DNA from: an uncultured Verrucomicrobiae bacterium | GTDB taxonomy: Bacteria > Verrucomicrobiota > Verrucomicrobiia > Opitutales > JABDGR01 | Length of the DNA: 64,000 nt | Direction: 5' to 3' | Assembly: GCA_963765205.1 (NCBI GenBank) | Contig: CAVXVB010000009.1 | Span: forward strand, 192,001 to 256,000 | Shown here: positions 11,401 through 20,213 of the stretch, one piece after another | Position numbering within the stretch: the stretch's first letter is position 1 | Layout: every line of letters begins with the position of its first letter | Notes under the pieces: model-generated | Databases searched by the model: none | What the model was told of the DNA's origin: nothing | Seen by the model: the letters and a program-made list of their open reading frames with translations, nothing else | Program-made: the position numbers and the translations under genes

Positions 11401-14229
11401 ATGAATGGGACGGTTAACGCCATCCTGACGGGTAGTTCGCCCGTGAACAAGACGACTACGGCCACGGTGACGCTGTCCGGCGTGAACACCTACACCGGCC
11501 TTACCAACATCACCGCCGGTACTCTATTGTTAAGCTCGACCGGTTCGATTGCCAACGGCAGCAACGTGACGGTCAACGGCACGGCGACGTTGGACCTCGG
11601 CGCCAACCACACCACGGACACGGTGGGGAATGTGACGCTGGAAGGTGGCGGCTTTATCAATGGCACGGGCAGCTCGGCGTTGAGCAGCACAACGGGCTTT
11701 CAACTGATGAACGGCACGGTCAACGCCATCCTGTCCGGCAATGCCATTCCGTTGAATGTGACAGGCAATGCCACGGTAACGCTGTCTGGCGTGAACACCT
11801 ACACCGGGCTAACCAACATCCAGGCGGGTACACTGTTGTTGAGCAGCACCGGCTCGATTGCGAACGGCAGCAACGTCACCATCAACGGCACGACGGCGGT
11901 GCTCAACCTGGGCGCCAACCACACCACCGACACCGTGGGCATTGTGACACTTAATGGCGGCGGCTTCATCAATGGCACGGGCAGCTCGGCGCTGGCCAGC
12001 ACGACCAGCTTCCAACTGATGAACGGCACGGTCAACGCCATCCTCGCCGGCAGCTCGAACTTGACCAAGTCTTCCTCCGGTACGGTGATGCTTAACGGCG
12101 CCAACACTTACACCGGGCCGACCAACATCACAGCAGGCACGTTGGTGCTCAACGGCACGCTGGCTGCCAGCCAGGTGGTCACGGTCTCCTCGGGCGCCCA
12201 ACTGACGGTCAATAGCAACAACACCATCGCGACGCTCAACACCAATGGTCTCATCGCCGGCACCAGCACCCTGACGGCCAACACCTATAACTTGAACAAC
12301 GGTGCCCAGATTAACACCACCCTCGGCGCGGGCAACATCCTCAGCAACGGCAACGTCGGCATCAATGCCCACCTGTTGAGCACCAACATTTCCATCGCCA
12401 CCGGGGCGATGACCTTGGAGGGGGATGATTTGCTCAACCATGCCGCGGCGGTGAACATCACCACCGGCGCGAGCCTGGTGCTGGGCAATGGCAACGCAAC
12501 CATCACCACCCTGTCCGGCGGCGGCAACGTCACCCAGAATGACTTCAACCTCAATGTGCTCAGCGGTGGCTCCTACACTGGCACGGCCAACAGCACCGGC
12601 TCCTTGAACTTGAACAGCACGAGCAATCTGACGCTTGGCAACACCAGCAATTCCACCTTCTCGAACGGCACCAACGTGGACTCCGGCAACTTGATTGTGA
12701 ATGGCACTTTGACGACGCCCAACGTGACGGTCAATCCGGGTGGCCTGTTGGCTGGCAGCGGCAACATCAATGGCAATGTCATCCAGAATGGCGGAACCGT
12801 CTCACCGAGCGACCCATCCATCATGCACGTCTCCGGCAATTACACGATCAACAGCGGCACCCTGCTGATTCAAATCGGCGGCACGGCTGGGCCGGGGGTC
12901 AATCCGAACGGCAACGACCAGGTGCAAGTCGGGGGCAACACGTATATTAACCCGGTCGGCACCGTACTCGATCTGGAGCCGTTCAACGGCTTCACCAGTC
13001 CGGCCCGCGGCAACATCTTCACGTTTATCAGCGGTGCTCCGGGGTCTATCAGCGGTCAATTTGGCAGCATCATTGATTCGAATTTCACCACCGCTTTCGT
13101 GATTGACCTGGCCACCGGCCAGGCGATCTCCACCGGTCTGCCGACGGGCTCGAGTCCCGCCAGCGCCTTCCCCGGTGCGACGGCCAACCAACTCGCCATG
13201 CTCAACCAACTGAATGTGTCCGGTAATCAATTTGCGGGCGGCGATCTCATGTCCTTGCTCCTGACCAACCCGGCCAGCGCGGACGCCCAGATTTTCAACC
13301 AGGCTTCCCCCGAAGCCTATGCCGGAGTGACGGACTATGCGCTGTATACGACGCGGTCTTTCCTGGACACCGCCATGGGCCTCGCGCCGTTGGCCAGTTC
13401 GGGCCGGTTCGCCGTGTTTGCGGGCTACGTTGATCTTGACCCCGGTTCGGACAGCTCGTCCGACCAGGCTGATTACACGATCAATAGCAGTGGCGCCGTC
13501 GCCGGTGTCCGTTTCGATCTCGGTAACAAATTTACGGTGGGGGCTTACACGGGTTATGATTCCGGATCCGTGGAATCCACCTATCTTAACACCAGTGTCA
13601 GTGGCAATGTCTACGGTGTGTTTGGGACTTTTGACCCGCTGGCCAGCCACCGGTTGTTGTTCACCGCCAGCATGTCTTATGGCGATTACACCACTCATGG
13701 CACGCGCACGACGTTTTCCGGAGTCTCCTCCATTCCCGATTTCGATTCGAATGATTACCTGGGCGATGTGAATGTGCAATACACGGCCATCCAGCAGCCC
13801 AAATACTCCATCGTGCCGGAACTCGGGCTGGCTTACAGCAGCGCCTCGGTGAATAACGTCACGGAAACCAATAACGCCGATGTCTTCCAGACCCTGCATG
13901 TCAACGGGCTGGACACCCCCAGCTTCCGCCTCGAAGGCAAGGTGAATGGCATTTACGATGTCACGACCAAGTTCAGTGTTAGTGGCAGCTTTGGCGTGAG
14001 CCACGATTTCGAAACGACCTCGCGCGACATCACTGCCAACGTGGTCGGCGAACCCACTTCGTTCACCGTGCAAGCGCCCGGCATGGGCGACACGGACTAC
14101 GACCTGGGCCTCGGCTTGCACTACGACGTGACCAAGCAACTGTCCCTGCACGCCAACTACGAAGCCGGCTTCTCCCCCCAGGCGAAAATGTCCAACACCA
14201 TTTCCGTCGGCGCGTCGTTCTCGTTCTAA
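5476..14229 (+). CDS. Large type Va autotransporter / adhesin with Gly-rich N-terminal region, PATR-type repeats and C-terminal beta-barrel
   Basis: 2917 aa; signal peptide; repeated L(N/D)KT...VTLS(G/A)xNTYTGxTNITAGTL motifs; C-terminal amphipathic barrel ending in ASFSF. Confidence 0.9.
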   Translation: MNSSLVLHRLACWKTAGKNLLLGAALLLPVLARAQVPVQTGGSMSVNGGGGVINGDGQSGYFVQAGSLSISNATLANFNSTGGNGSGGGAGLGGALFINNGGTVTLNNVNFISDTAQGGAGGVGNVGGSLNNLFNNGTVPAPAASGTTPTQISFTDIGGTTGTVGLNGAINSSGVGGAGGMGGNGGAGGTMSTTLILSVTTASLALAADVAAAVADYADPFTWPRTIGDTLILAADAVDLANQVTALTDFDQSLADGQIGLGGPGGNGGSGGIGSDFNGGGAGGAGGTGGAGGYNWSGSAFQGGAAGGPGGPGGAGGLGGFGAGGGVGGAGGVGGTGANFTGSPAMPATPAVTMNETTPNSYTLGYIDPTTGNFTNIQTGLSSEGSISGNVTLNNLTITNSSVVSASGQSVTAGDGGNYTLQNGTVVQQYYVFIPSVTSTIITTPAMPAIPATGPGQADNGANGTGGAGGLSSFGGGTGAAGASPGNLSLGGNGGNADGGAIFLRAGGSLTITGNAVFDNNQLIGGQGQAAVAGSVLAGSAGTTAGTDLFMMTGSNVTLNPGPGNVIVFDGSSEGSAIADDSAANGPSTIPAGQGAGLTVASGLVIFNGVDTYTGETKILGGVLQAQDDSGIDFESRINLAGGQLQSNGNFTRYLGTSSTDVEFTASGGFAAAGGNLTVTLGNGQTPNLTWGQGNFVPLGSDLLFGSTSADSTVFFENNINLGGATDTILVTDNGNFTDPAQIDGNISNGNLTVNDASHDGILILNGTNTYTGDTDIYNGTLRLGINGSIASGSNLTVDGATATFDLGGNHSDTVGTVTLEGGGNITGTGTSALTSTTAFNLMSGTVTAILAGSGIPLNKTTGGLVTLDSVNTYTGATTISDGTLALAVNNAIANGSSVTVTGTSSELDLGNTTDTVGTVTLESGGLINGTSNSALSSTTAFDLMNGTVTAVLAGTSPLNKTTGDTVTLSAVNTYTGLTNITAGTLLLTVNNAIANGSNVTVNGTTAELDLGSTTDTVGIVTLQNGGLINGTSSSALNSTTAFDLMNGTVTAVLTGTSPVNKTTGATVTLSAVNTYTGLTNITAGTLLLTVNNAIANGSNVTVNGTTAELDLGSQADTVGVVTLQNGGLINGTASSNLTSTTAFDLMNGTVTAVLEGSGIPLNKTTNATVTLSAANTYTGLTNISAGTLLLTVNNAIANGSNVTVNGTTAELDLGSQVDTVGIVTLQNGGLINGTSSSNLTSTTEFDVMSGNVTAVLAGSGIPLNKTTNGTVILSGSNTYTGNTTVTAGTLQESATGFISDSSNLTVNGTTAVFELGANHSDTVGIVTLDGNGTIDGNGTSALTSTTEYEMMNGTVNAIIASGGSVPLNKFTNGTVTLTATNTYTGLTNITAGTLFLSTTGSIASGSNVTINGTTAALDLGANHSLDTVGNVILEGDGFINGSGSSALSSTTGFQVMNGTVNAILSDDGPVPLNKTTTATVTLSGINTYTGLTNITAGTLLLSSTGSIASGSNVTINGTTAVLDLGANHTLDTVGIVTLQNGGFINGTGGSDLSSTTAFNLMNGTVNAILAGNGSIPLNKTTTATVTLSGVNTYTGLTNITAGTLLLSSTGSIANGSNVTVNGTATLDLGANHTTDTVGIVTLQNGGFINGTGSSALSSTTSFELMNGTVNAILAGSGIPLDKTTTATVTLNGINTYTGQTNITAGTLLLGSTGSIANGSNVTVNGTATLDLGANHTTDTVGIVTLQNGGFINGTGSSALGSTTEFDLMNGTVNAILTGNAIPLNKTTTATVTLSGINTYTGLTNITAGTLFLSSTGSIANGSNVTVNGTATLDLGANHTTDTVGVVTLQNGGFINGTGSSALSSTTSFELMNGTVNAILTGNAIPLDKTTTATVTLSGVNTYTGLTNITAGTLLLSSTGSIANGSNVTVNGSNATFSLGANHTTDTVGIVTLENGGFINGTGSSALASTTAFNLMNGTVNAILTGSSPVNKTTTATVTLSGVNTYTGLTNITAGTLLLSSTGSIANGSNVTVNGTATLDLGANHTTDTVGNVTLEGGGFINGTGSSALSSTTGFQLMNGTVNAILSGNAIPLNVTGNATVTLSGVNTYTGLTNIQAGTLLLSSTGSIANGSNVTINGTTAVLNLGANHTTDTVGIVTLNGGGFINGTGSSALASTTSFQLMNGTVNAILAGSSNLTKSSSGTVMLNGANTYTGPTNITAGTLVLNGTLAASQVVTVSSGAQLTVNSNNTIATLNTNGLIAGTSTLTANTYNLNNGAQINTTLGAGNILSNGNVGINAHLLSTNISIATGAMTLEGDDLLNHAAAVNITTGASLVLGNGNATITTLSGGGNVTQNDFNLNVLSGGSYTGTANSTGSLNLNSTSNLTLGNTSNSTFSNGTNVDSGNLIVNGTLTTPNVTVNPGGLLAGSGNINGNVIQNGGTVSPSDPSIMHVSGNYTINSGTLLIQIGGTAGPGVNPNGNDQVQVGGNTYINPVGTVLDLEPFNGFTSPARGNIFTFISGAPGSISGQFGSIIDSNFTTAFVIDLATGQAISTGLPTGSSPASAFPGATANQLAMLNQLNVSGNQFAGGDLMSLLLTNPASADAQIFNQASPEAYAGVTDYALYTTRSFLDTAMGLAPLASSGRFAVFAGYVDLDPGSDSSSDQADYTINSSGAVAGVRFDLGNKFTVGAYTGYDSGSVESTYLNTSVSGNVYGVFGTFDPLASHRLLFTASMSYGDYTTHGTRTTFSGVSSIPDFDSNDYLGDVNVQYTAIQQPKYSIVPELGLAYSSASVNNVTETNNADVFQTLHVNGLDTPSFRLEGKVNGIYDVTTKFSVSGSFGVSHDFETTSRDITANVVGEPTSFTVQAPGMGDTDYDLGLGLHYDVTKQLSLHANYEAGFSPQAKMSNTISVGASFSF
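7780..12102 (+). repeat. 14 tandem intragenic repeats of 303-315 bp in the autotransporter passenger
   Basis: NTYTG-encoding starts at 7780, 8089, 8392, 8695, 9001, 9307, 9619, 9934, 10249, 10558, 10867, 11176, 11485, 11794 and 12103. Confidence 0.92.
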
Positions 14230-14324
14230 ATCCGGCGGGGTTGACGCGCCTTGGTCTCCCGCCGCGTGCTATCGAACAGCGTGCGGTGGCAGATCAAGCA
14301 CGCTCGAATCCGGCTGGTTTCTTT

Positions 14325-15271
14325 TCAGCCCATCTTTTGCATCGTGGGTGGCCGGCGAAATTGCCAGACCATGAGGCACATGAAGAACAGGCCGAAACTG
14401 GGGATAAAAACAGCAGCTGGCCAATAACCGAAGCGATGGTAAATGGAAAAAACGGGTTTGAGCATAAAAACGGGGGCCTTATGTTTTGCTAATTGATTCA
14501 GGCCAATAACGGTTATTATTGAAAGATACAAAATTGAGAAAAAGAACAAAAAATTACCGAACGTGGAAAGCGCGGTCGAGGTTTGGTTGTTTGTGTCCCG
14601 GAAAAATTCTCCGGCTTTGGCGTAAATGTCTCCGCCCGCTTCATGGCCTCGGCAACCTGCTCGGGCGCCAAATGGCCGGCATGTTTTTGCAGCTCTTGCG
14701 GCAAGTTTTTGGTAAAGGACAAGCAATGCCACTTGTAGGCTTCAACCGAATCCGCTTGCACCCCGTTGCCACTTTCATAAAGCGCGGCGAGCAAATATTT
14801 TCCAAGGTCATTGCCTTGCTCGGCGGATCGGCGATACCATTTAAAAGCTTCAACGGCGTCCGTCGGCACGCCTTTGCCATTTTGGTGCATATAACCAAGG
14901 GCGGCCTGCGCGAAGGAACCTCCTTTTTCAGCCCCTTCGCGCCAGAAGTTGACCGCCTTGGCATCCTCCATCAGAAACCAACCCCTTCTCTCGAAGAGAC
15001 CAAGCATATTCCAGAGGCACCATGGCAACAAGGGGGCTATAATTACGCCGGCCAGTATGCTGATGACGCATACCACTATAACGGCTATGCTGCGCCAACC
15101 AGCCTGGCCCTCACTACCTGCCAAAACAAACTCGCGACCGAGCACGAAGCTAAAACTCAGCAGGGCAGCGGGGATCAACAGGGTTAGTAAATGGAAAAAG
15201 GTGACTTTTCGGTAGGTTTGGGTGAGCGCCAGTTCTTGAAACAACTGATTGAGACTGCTGCTTTTAAACAA
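14325..15271 (-). pseudogene. Membrane protein with Sel1-like repeats, apparently frameshifted near 14602-14606
   Basis: ORF 14516..15271 has two TMs plus Sel1 repeats (AQAALGYMHQNGKGV, AFKWYRRSAEQGN); a hydrophobic two-TM C-terminus continues in another frame to 14325; lower GC. Confidence 0.6.
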
Positions 15272-15474
15272 TCTCAGGCGTGCCAGACACAGGGCACGAT
15301 AAAGAGTGGCCGAATCTTCCGGGCTTTTGCGGAACTTGGCCGAATATGGCGGCCACCTTGGCAGTGCAATCCCGCCTATGACTTTGGATTCAGGATTTAT
15401 TTTTAGGGTGAAGAATTGGTGAATGCCTCAGCAACGTGATGGGGTAAAACAGTGGATGACGATCCAAACCCATT

Positions 15475-16527
15475 CTACCGCTGCTGTTCCCGGTTTTCAG
15501 GGATGCCGGGTTCGTCGAGCAACTGGATGACGGTGGCGGGGCCGAGGTCGGCCGGGGGCGTCCACGAGCGCAACGCCCAGACGACTTTTTTATCCGGGGT
15601 GACTTCGAGCACCTGCACCGTGGTCGGCCATTTATTGGGGGCCTTGGCGCCCTTGGCGTCCACCACCGCGTTGGGGCACCAGTTGCTCATCACCGTGTTG
15701 CCGTTGGCCAGGCGGTTCGCCTCCTGCATGCAGAACAGCGTGATGTCGGGCACGTCCTTTTGATTGAACTCCCACACGGTTTCGCCCTTGGGGTTGACCT
15801 CGCGCACGAATGAATTATGGCTGGCGATCAAGGTGTTGCCATTATCGAGCCGCACCGCGTCCCACGGAATCGGCACGGCAACGGACCAGATTTGCTTCCC
15901 GTTCGTGTCGAATTCCACAACCTTGTCCTGGTCATGGCACGCGGCGAGAAACGTGCCCGCCTTCGTCATTTGCACCCGTCGGAACTGGGTGTGGACGGTC
16001 TTGGGGTCGCCATTGGTCGGCAGCTCGAATTCCTTCTCCGTTTGGCCGGTCACGATATTGATGATCCGCAGCGTCGCCGGAATCCCGTTTTGCACGATCA
16101 TGACCCGGTCGAGGCCGATGGGTTGCGCGATGTGGACCTCGAAGCCCTTGGGCGCGTCGTAATTCCAGATGAGTTTTTTATCTGGCGTCACTTCGCCCGC
16201 GCCGGTCTTGCGCGCGAACACGACATTGCCGTTCGAGAGCAGGGTCGCGTCGCTCAATTCCTGGAGGGTCTTCGATTGGTCGTAAGTGGGAATGTCATAC
16301 GACCAGACCACTTTGCCGCCGCGGACAATGAACATGGTTTGCACCGGCTTGGGGAAATTATATTGCCCAGTGTAGAAAAACGGATGCTGGTTCAGCCCAT
16401 TGCCGGGCAACACGGTGGGCGAATACGAATCGGGGACGGCAGGCGGCGTCGTGGCGCAGCCGCCCGAGAGAACCGCCGCGCCAAGCGCAGCACAACGAAT
16501 GAAGCCAAGAGGGCGGGGTAGTTTCAT
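15475..16527 (-). CDS. Beta-propeller lipoprotein (PQQ-like / arylsulfotransferase-like repeats)
   Basis: Lipobox SGGC; repeated RLxNGNT.. and EVxPxGK.VW.Y motifs. Confidence 0.8.
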   Translation of the reverse strand: MKLPRPLGFIRCAALGAAVLSGGCATTPPAVPDSYSPTVLPGNGLNQHPFFYTGQYNFPKPVQTMFIVRGGKVVWSYDIPTYDQSKTLQELSDATLLSNGNVVFARKTGAGEVTPDKKLIWNYDAPKGFEVHIAQPIGLDRVMIVQNGIPATLRIINIVTGQTEKEFELPTNGDPKTVHTQFRRVQMTKAGTFLAACHDQDKVVEFDTNGKQIWSVAVPIPWDAVRLDNGNTLIASHNSFVREVNPKGETVWEFNQKDVPDITLFCMQEANRLANGNTVMSNWCPNAVVDAKGAKAPNKWPTTVQVLEVTPDKKVVWALRSWTPPADLGPATVIQLLDEPGIPENREQQR

Positions 16528-16549
16528 AATCGGGGTCGGGGTGATTTGC

Positions 16550-17497
16550 CTAAGGTGTGGCCGACGACGCGCTAGAAGGCGAGACGGGCCTTTTATCGCT
16601 GAGAAACCCGCTGGCCTTGAGCCAGTTGATCATCAATTCTGGCCATTCGCCGAGCAATGGGTCACCGGGGGACATGCTGGTGCCGTGCTCGCCATAATTA
16701 TAGAAGTGAACTTCCGTCGGGACACCGGCGGCACGCAGCGCGTTCCACGCGCCAACTTCGGCATTGAGATGGCTGCTGTCCTCGAGGGTGTTGAACATGA
16801 AGGTCGGCGGCGCACTGGCCGGGTCGCGCGGGGTGCGCCCGCCGTAAATCAAAGCGAGAAAATCTGGCCGGGTGGAGAAGCGGTCGAGCGGGTCGGCCGC
16901 CGCCGGGTCGCCGGCCACCACGCCGTTGTAGAAGGCGTCGCCCTCCAGTTCCGCGCCGGCGGAAAAGCCGATCGTGCCTACACGGTCAACGAAGATTTTA
17001 AAATCGGAGGCATGGGCGCGCACGTAGCGGATGGCGCGGTTGGCATCCAGCACGGAGATATTGTTCCGGTAATTGGGCTGGATGCGGTAGCGCAGGACAA
17101 AGCCGGCAATGCCGTGCGCATTGAGAAACCGGGCGATCTGGACGCCTTCGTGATCGGCCACGCGGTTGGTGAAAGCGCCACCGGGGAGAATGAGAAAAGC
17201 CGCGCCGGTGTTTTTGTCCGCGGGGGCGGGAAAGCAATAGATGGCGGGTTTGTCCTCGTCGGTAAAGTTGCCGCTGGCGTCGGGCACCGCGCCCGGCGCG
17301 CCGTCGGGCCAAAGGAGAACCGGCTCGGGAATGCCCGGCACGGGGTTGGGCGTGTTTTTGACCTGCTCAGCGTAGATGGCTTGCGCCTCGGCGCTGCCGG
17401 GGGCGGCGCGCCCTTGCGCGAAAGAACTTCCCGTCAGGGCGAGAAAAGTGCCCAGCACCACGGCCGCGCTGGAAAAATTGGGCAAACGGGAATTCAT
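16550..17497 (-). CDS. Secreted alpha/beta hydrolase (acetyl esterase / xylan esterase-like)
   Basis: LWPDGAPG, PGGAF oxyanion loop, GFSAG nucleophile elbow, RPDF, GEHG His motif. Confidence 0.85.
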   Translation of the reverse strand: MNSRLPNFSSAAVVLGTFLALTGSSFAQGRAAPGSAEAQAIYAEQVKNTPNPVPGIPEPVLLWPDGAPGAVPDASGNFTDEDKPAIYCFPAPADKNTGAAFLILPGGAFTNRVADHEGVQIARFLNAHGIAGFVLRYRIQPNYRNNISVLDANRAIRYVRAHASDFKIFVDRVGTIGFSAGAELEGDAFYNGVVAGDPAAADPLDRFSTRPDFLALIYGGRTPRDPASAPPTFMFNTLEDSSHLNAEVGAWNALRAAGVPTEVHFYNYGEHGTSMSPGDPLLGEWPELMINWLKASGFLSDKRPVSPSSASSATP

Positions 17498-17538
17498 GGC
17501 CGGGAAATGGGGTTGGGGGAGGTTTGGGCGCAATCGCG

Positions 17539-18801
17539 CTATTTGCTGAACACTTCAATTTTCAAGTCCGGGTTGCCGTCAGGTTTGATTTCGATTAACA
17601 TATCATCCTTGTCATTAGGATGCGCCTTGGTGAAGGAATGTTGGTCGTCAATGCTGGGGGAAAGAATGCGCGCATGGCCAAAGGCCGGGTCGCGATACAA
17701 ATCCGCGCTGAAGGCGTTGCTCAGCCAGCGGTTCGCGTTTTGGCGCACATCCACCCGGTAGCGGCCGGGCACCGGCCCCAGCTTGGCGGGCACCGAGAAG
17801 GTGCCAATCGTGACGCCGGCGGTGGAATTAAAAACATGGGCCACAATCGGCCCCGCGCCCACCGTGTCCAGTGGCGTGAGAATCACGTAGCCAAACGGCA
17901 GCGGCCGGCCATCCAGCCATACAGAACCGCGGATCGCCACGCGAGGCTGGTCCGTCAGGAAACCATATGCGCGCACCCAATTGTAGAACAAATCCGGCCA
18001 CGCGCCCAACGACGCGTCGCCTTGGGCGAGTCCCGCGCCGACATCTACTTTGGGAAAGAAATGCGCCTCAACCGGTACCCGCGCCCGCGGGCCACGCAGA
18101 AAATTCCACAGGTCAATCATGCTCGAAATATTGTCCTTGGCATTTGTCGAGCCGACGAGAAACGTCGGGGGCGGCAGCACCGTGCCGGCTTGGGGCGCAC
18201 CCGCCCCATAAATCAAGGCCATGAAATCGGGGTGGTTGGAGGCGCGCTCCACCGGGTCAGACGAGTCTTGATTGGGTTGGGGCGGTGGGGCAAAGGCGGC
18301 GTCCGTGGCCGGCCCCGCGCCCGCGCCAAACCCCAGCAAGCCGATGCGCGCGGCGGAAAGGTGATAGTCCGCCGCCTTGGCATGCAGGTATTGCACCGCG
18401 CGATTGACATCCCCGGCTGCGCCTCCGCCTGCGGGCCCTGGCGCGCTCCCGTATCGCAGCACAAACGCCGCCAGCCCGTGCGTATTCAGCCATTGCGCCA
18501 CGGGCACGCCCTCCGGCTCCGCGCTCCCACCGGCATATGTCCCGCTGGGCACAATCAAAACGCCCGCCCCGGTGTTATTGGCCGCCGGTGGTAGAAAGGG
18601 GTAAATCGCGGGTTGATCCGCGCCGACGCCCCCACTGGCCGAAGACCCGCCGACGGGCCAAAGCAAAACGGGCGCGGGGATTTGCGCCGGGATGCCCGCG
18701 CGGGGAGCAGAAACATCCGCACATGAGGCAACGGCAGGTAAAATGACCATCAGCAGCCAGACTCGCCAACGCGCGATAAGTCTCCAGGAGACGGGGGGCA
18801 T
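17539..18801 (-). CDS. Alpha/beta hydrolase paralog with degenerate catalytic residues plus C-terminal beta-sandwich domain
   Basis: Aligns by eye with the neighbouring esterase but has GFGAG instead of GFSAG and lacks GxHG; C-terminal GSVWLDGRPL...GPVPGRYRVDV. Confidence 0.75.
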   Translation of the reverse strand: MPPVSWRLIARWRVWLLMVILPAVASCADVSAPRAGIPAQIPAPVLLWPVGGSSASGGVGADQPAIYPFLPPAANNTGAGVLIVPSGTYAGGSAEPEGVPVAQWLNTHGLAAFVLRYGSAPGPAGGGAAGDVNRAVQYLHAKAADYHLSAARIGLLGFGAGAGPATDAAFAPPPQPNQDSSDPVERASNHPDFMALIYGAGAPQAGTVLPPPTFLVGSTNAKDNISSMIDLWNFLRGPRARVPVEAHFFPKVDVGAGLAQGDASLGAWPDLFYNWVRAYGFLTDQPRVAIRGSVWLDGRPLPFGYVILTPLDTVGAGPIVAHVFNSTAGVTIGTFSVPAKLGPVPGRYRVDVRQNANRWLSNAFSADLYRDPAFGHARILSPSIDDQHSFTKAHPNDKDDMLIEIKPDGNPDLKIEVFSK

Positions 18802-18902
18802 GGCGTAAAACTTAGAAAAAAACTCCGGCAACGCAATACCGAACCAACCAACCTTCATTGATGATCGCCGCCAGCCACTGGCGCCGATTCTCTGGAAACT
18901 GT

Positions 18903-19335
<433 letters not shown>

Positions 19336-19341
19336 GGCGAG

Positions 19342-19947
19342 GAATTCGTCGCCAGCGGCACGCCCGCGCCGTCCTACCAATGGCAGGTTTCAACCGATGA
19401 CGGAACCACTTGGGATAATGTCAGCGGCAACGTCTATATTGGCACGACGACCGCCAACCTGACGATCGCCAACGCCACCACGGCCCAGTTGGGCTACCAG
19501 TATCAAGCCGTCATCACCAACTTCGCGGGGAACGTCACCTCCACGCCCGTCCCGCTCGTGGTTGGCACTTCTTCCGCCCAACTGACCTGGCTCCAAAATA
19601 ATTTCACGTCCAACCAATTGGGCAATCCCACTATCGTTGGCGATACGGACGACCCCGCTGGCGACGGCATTCCCAATCTCCTCAAATACGCCTTTAATCT
19701 CAATCCCTGGGTGGATGGACACCCATTTCTTCCGCAACCAACTTTCTCTGCCGGCAACTTGACGCTTACGTTCCAAGACCCGCAAACCGATCTCACTTAC
19801 ACCGTCCAAGCCAGCCCGGATTTGCTCAATTGGAGGACCACGGGCGTGACGCAAACCAACGATTTTACCAACGGCACCGCGACCGCCAGTTATGCGATAC
19901 CCACCAACACGCCCGCATTTCCGCGAATCGTGGTGGTGCCTCTTTGA
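19342..19947 (+). pseudogene. 3' fragment of a surface protein (Ig-like domain plus DGIPNLLKYAFNLNP-type C-terminal module), 5' part deleted
   Basis: ASGTPAPSYQWQ...YQYQAVITNFAGNVTS Ig-like motif; no plausible start of its own; abuts the IS110 fragment. Confidence 0.7.
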
Positions 19948-20068
19948 GACCAACCGGTCGAGACGCCGGGAAGAAACGGAAGAAAACTCGCGCAGGGGCG
20001 CAGCCGTTCGACATTGCTCAGGCTGCCCAAAGTATCGCCGAGGGACAGAGCCGCAGAGTGAAGAATTT

Positions 20069-20141
20069 AACCACGGATTACACGAATAGCACAGATAGAA
20101 GACGATTGGAAAAATCCGTGCTATCCGTGTAATCGGTGGTT
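20069..20141. repeat. Inverted pair of 9-bp-period tandem repeats (CACGGATNN family)
   Basis: AACCACGGATTACACGAATAGCACAGAT ... ATCCGTGCTATCCGTGTAATCGGTGGTT. Confidence 0.85.
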
Positions 20142-20213
20142 CTCCGATCTTTTTTGCGAAATTGACCTTTGGGTTCGACCTATTGGGGTCATCTTGCCAA
20201 AATAAACTCCACG

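Noticed and set aside
7780..12102. Long regular repeats as a possible CRISPR array or DGR template
   Set aside because: Units are 303-315 bp, in-frame and protein-coding, with no unique spacers; no cas or reverse transcriptase gene in the window
20003..20044. Degenerate TTCGAC..GCTCAGG palindrome resembling a known dispersed repeat
   Set aside because: Single, poorly paired copy; not supportable from this window
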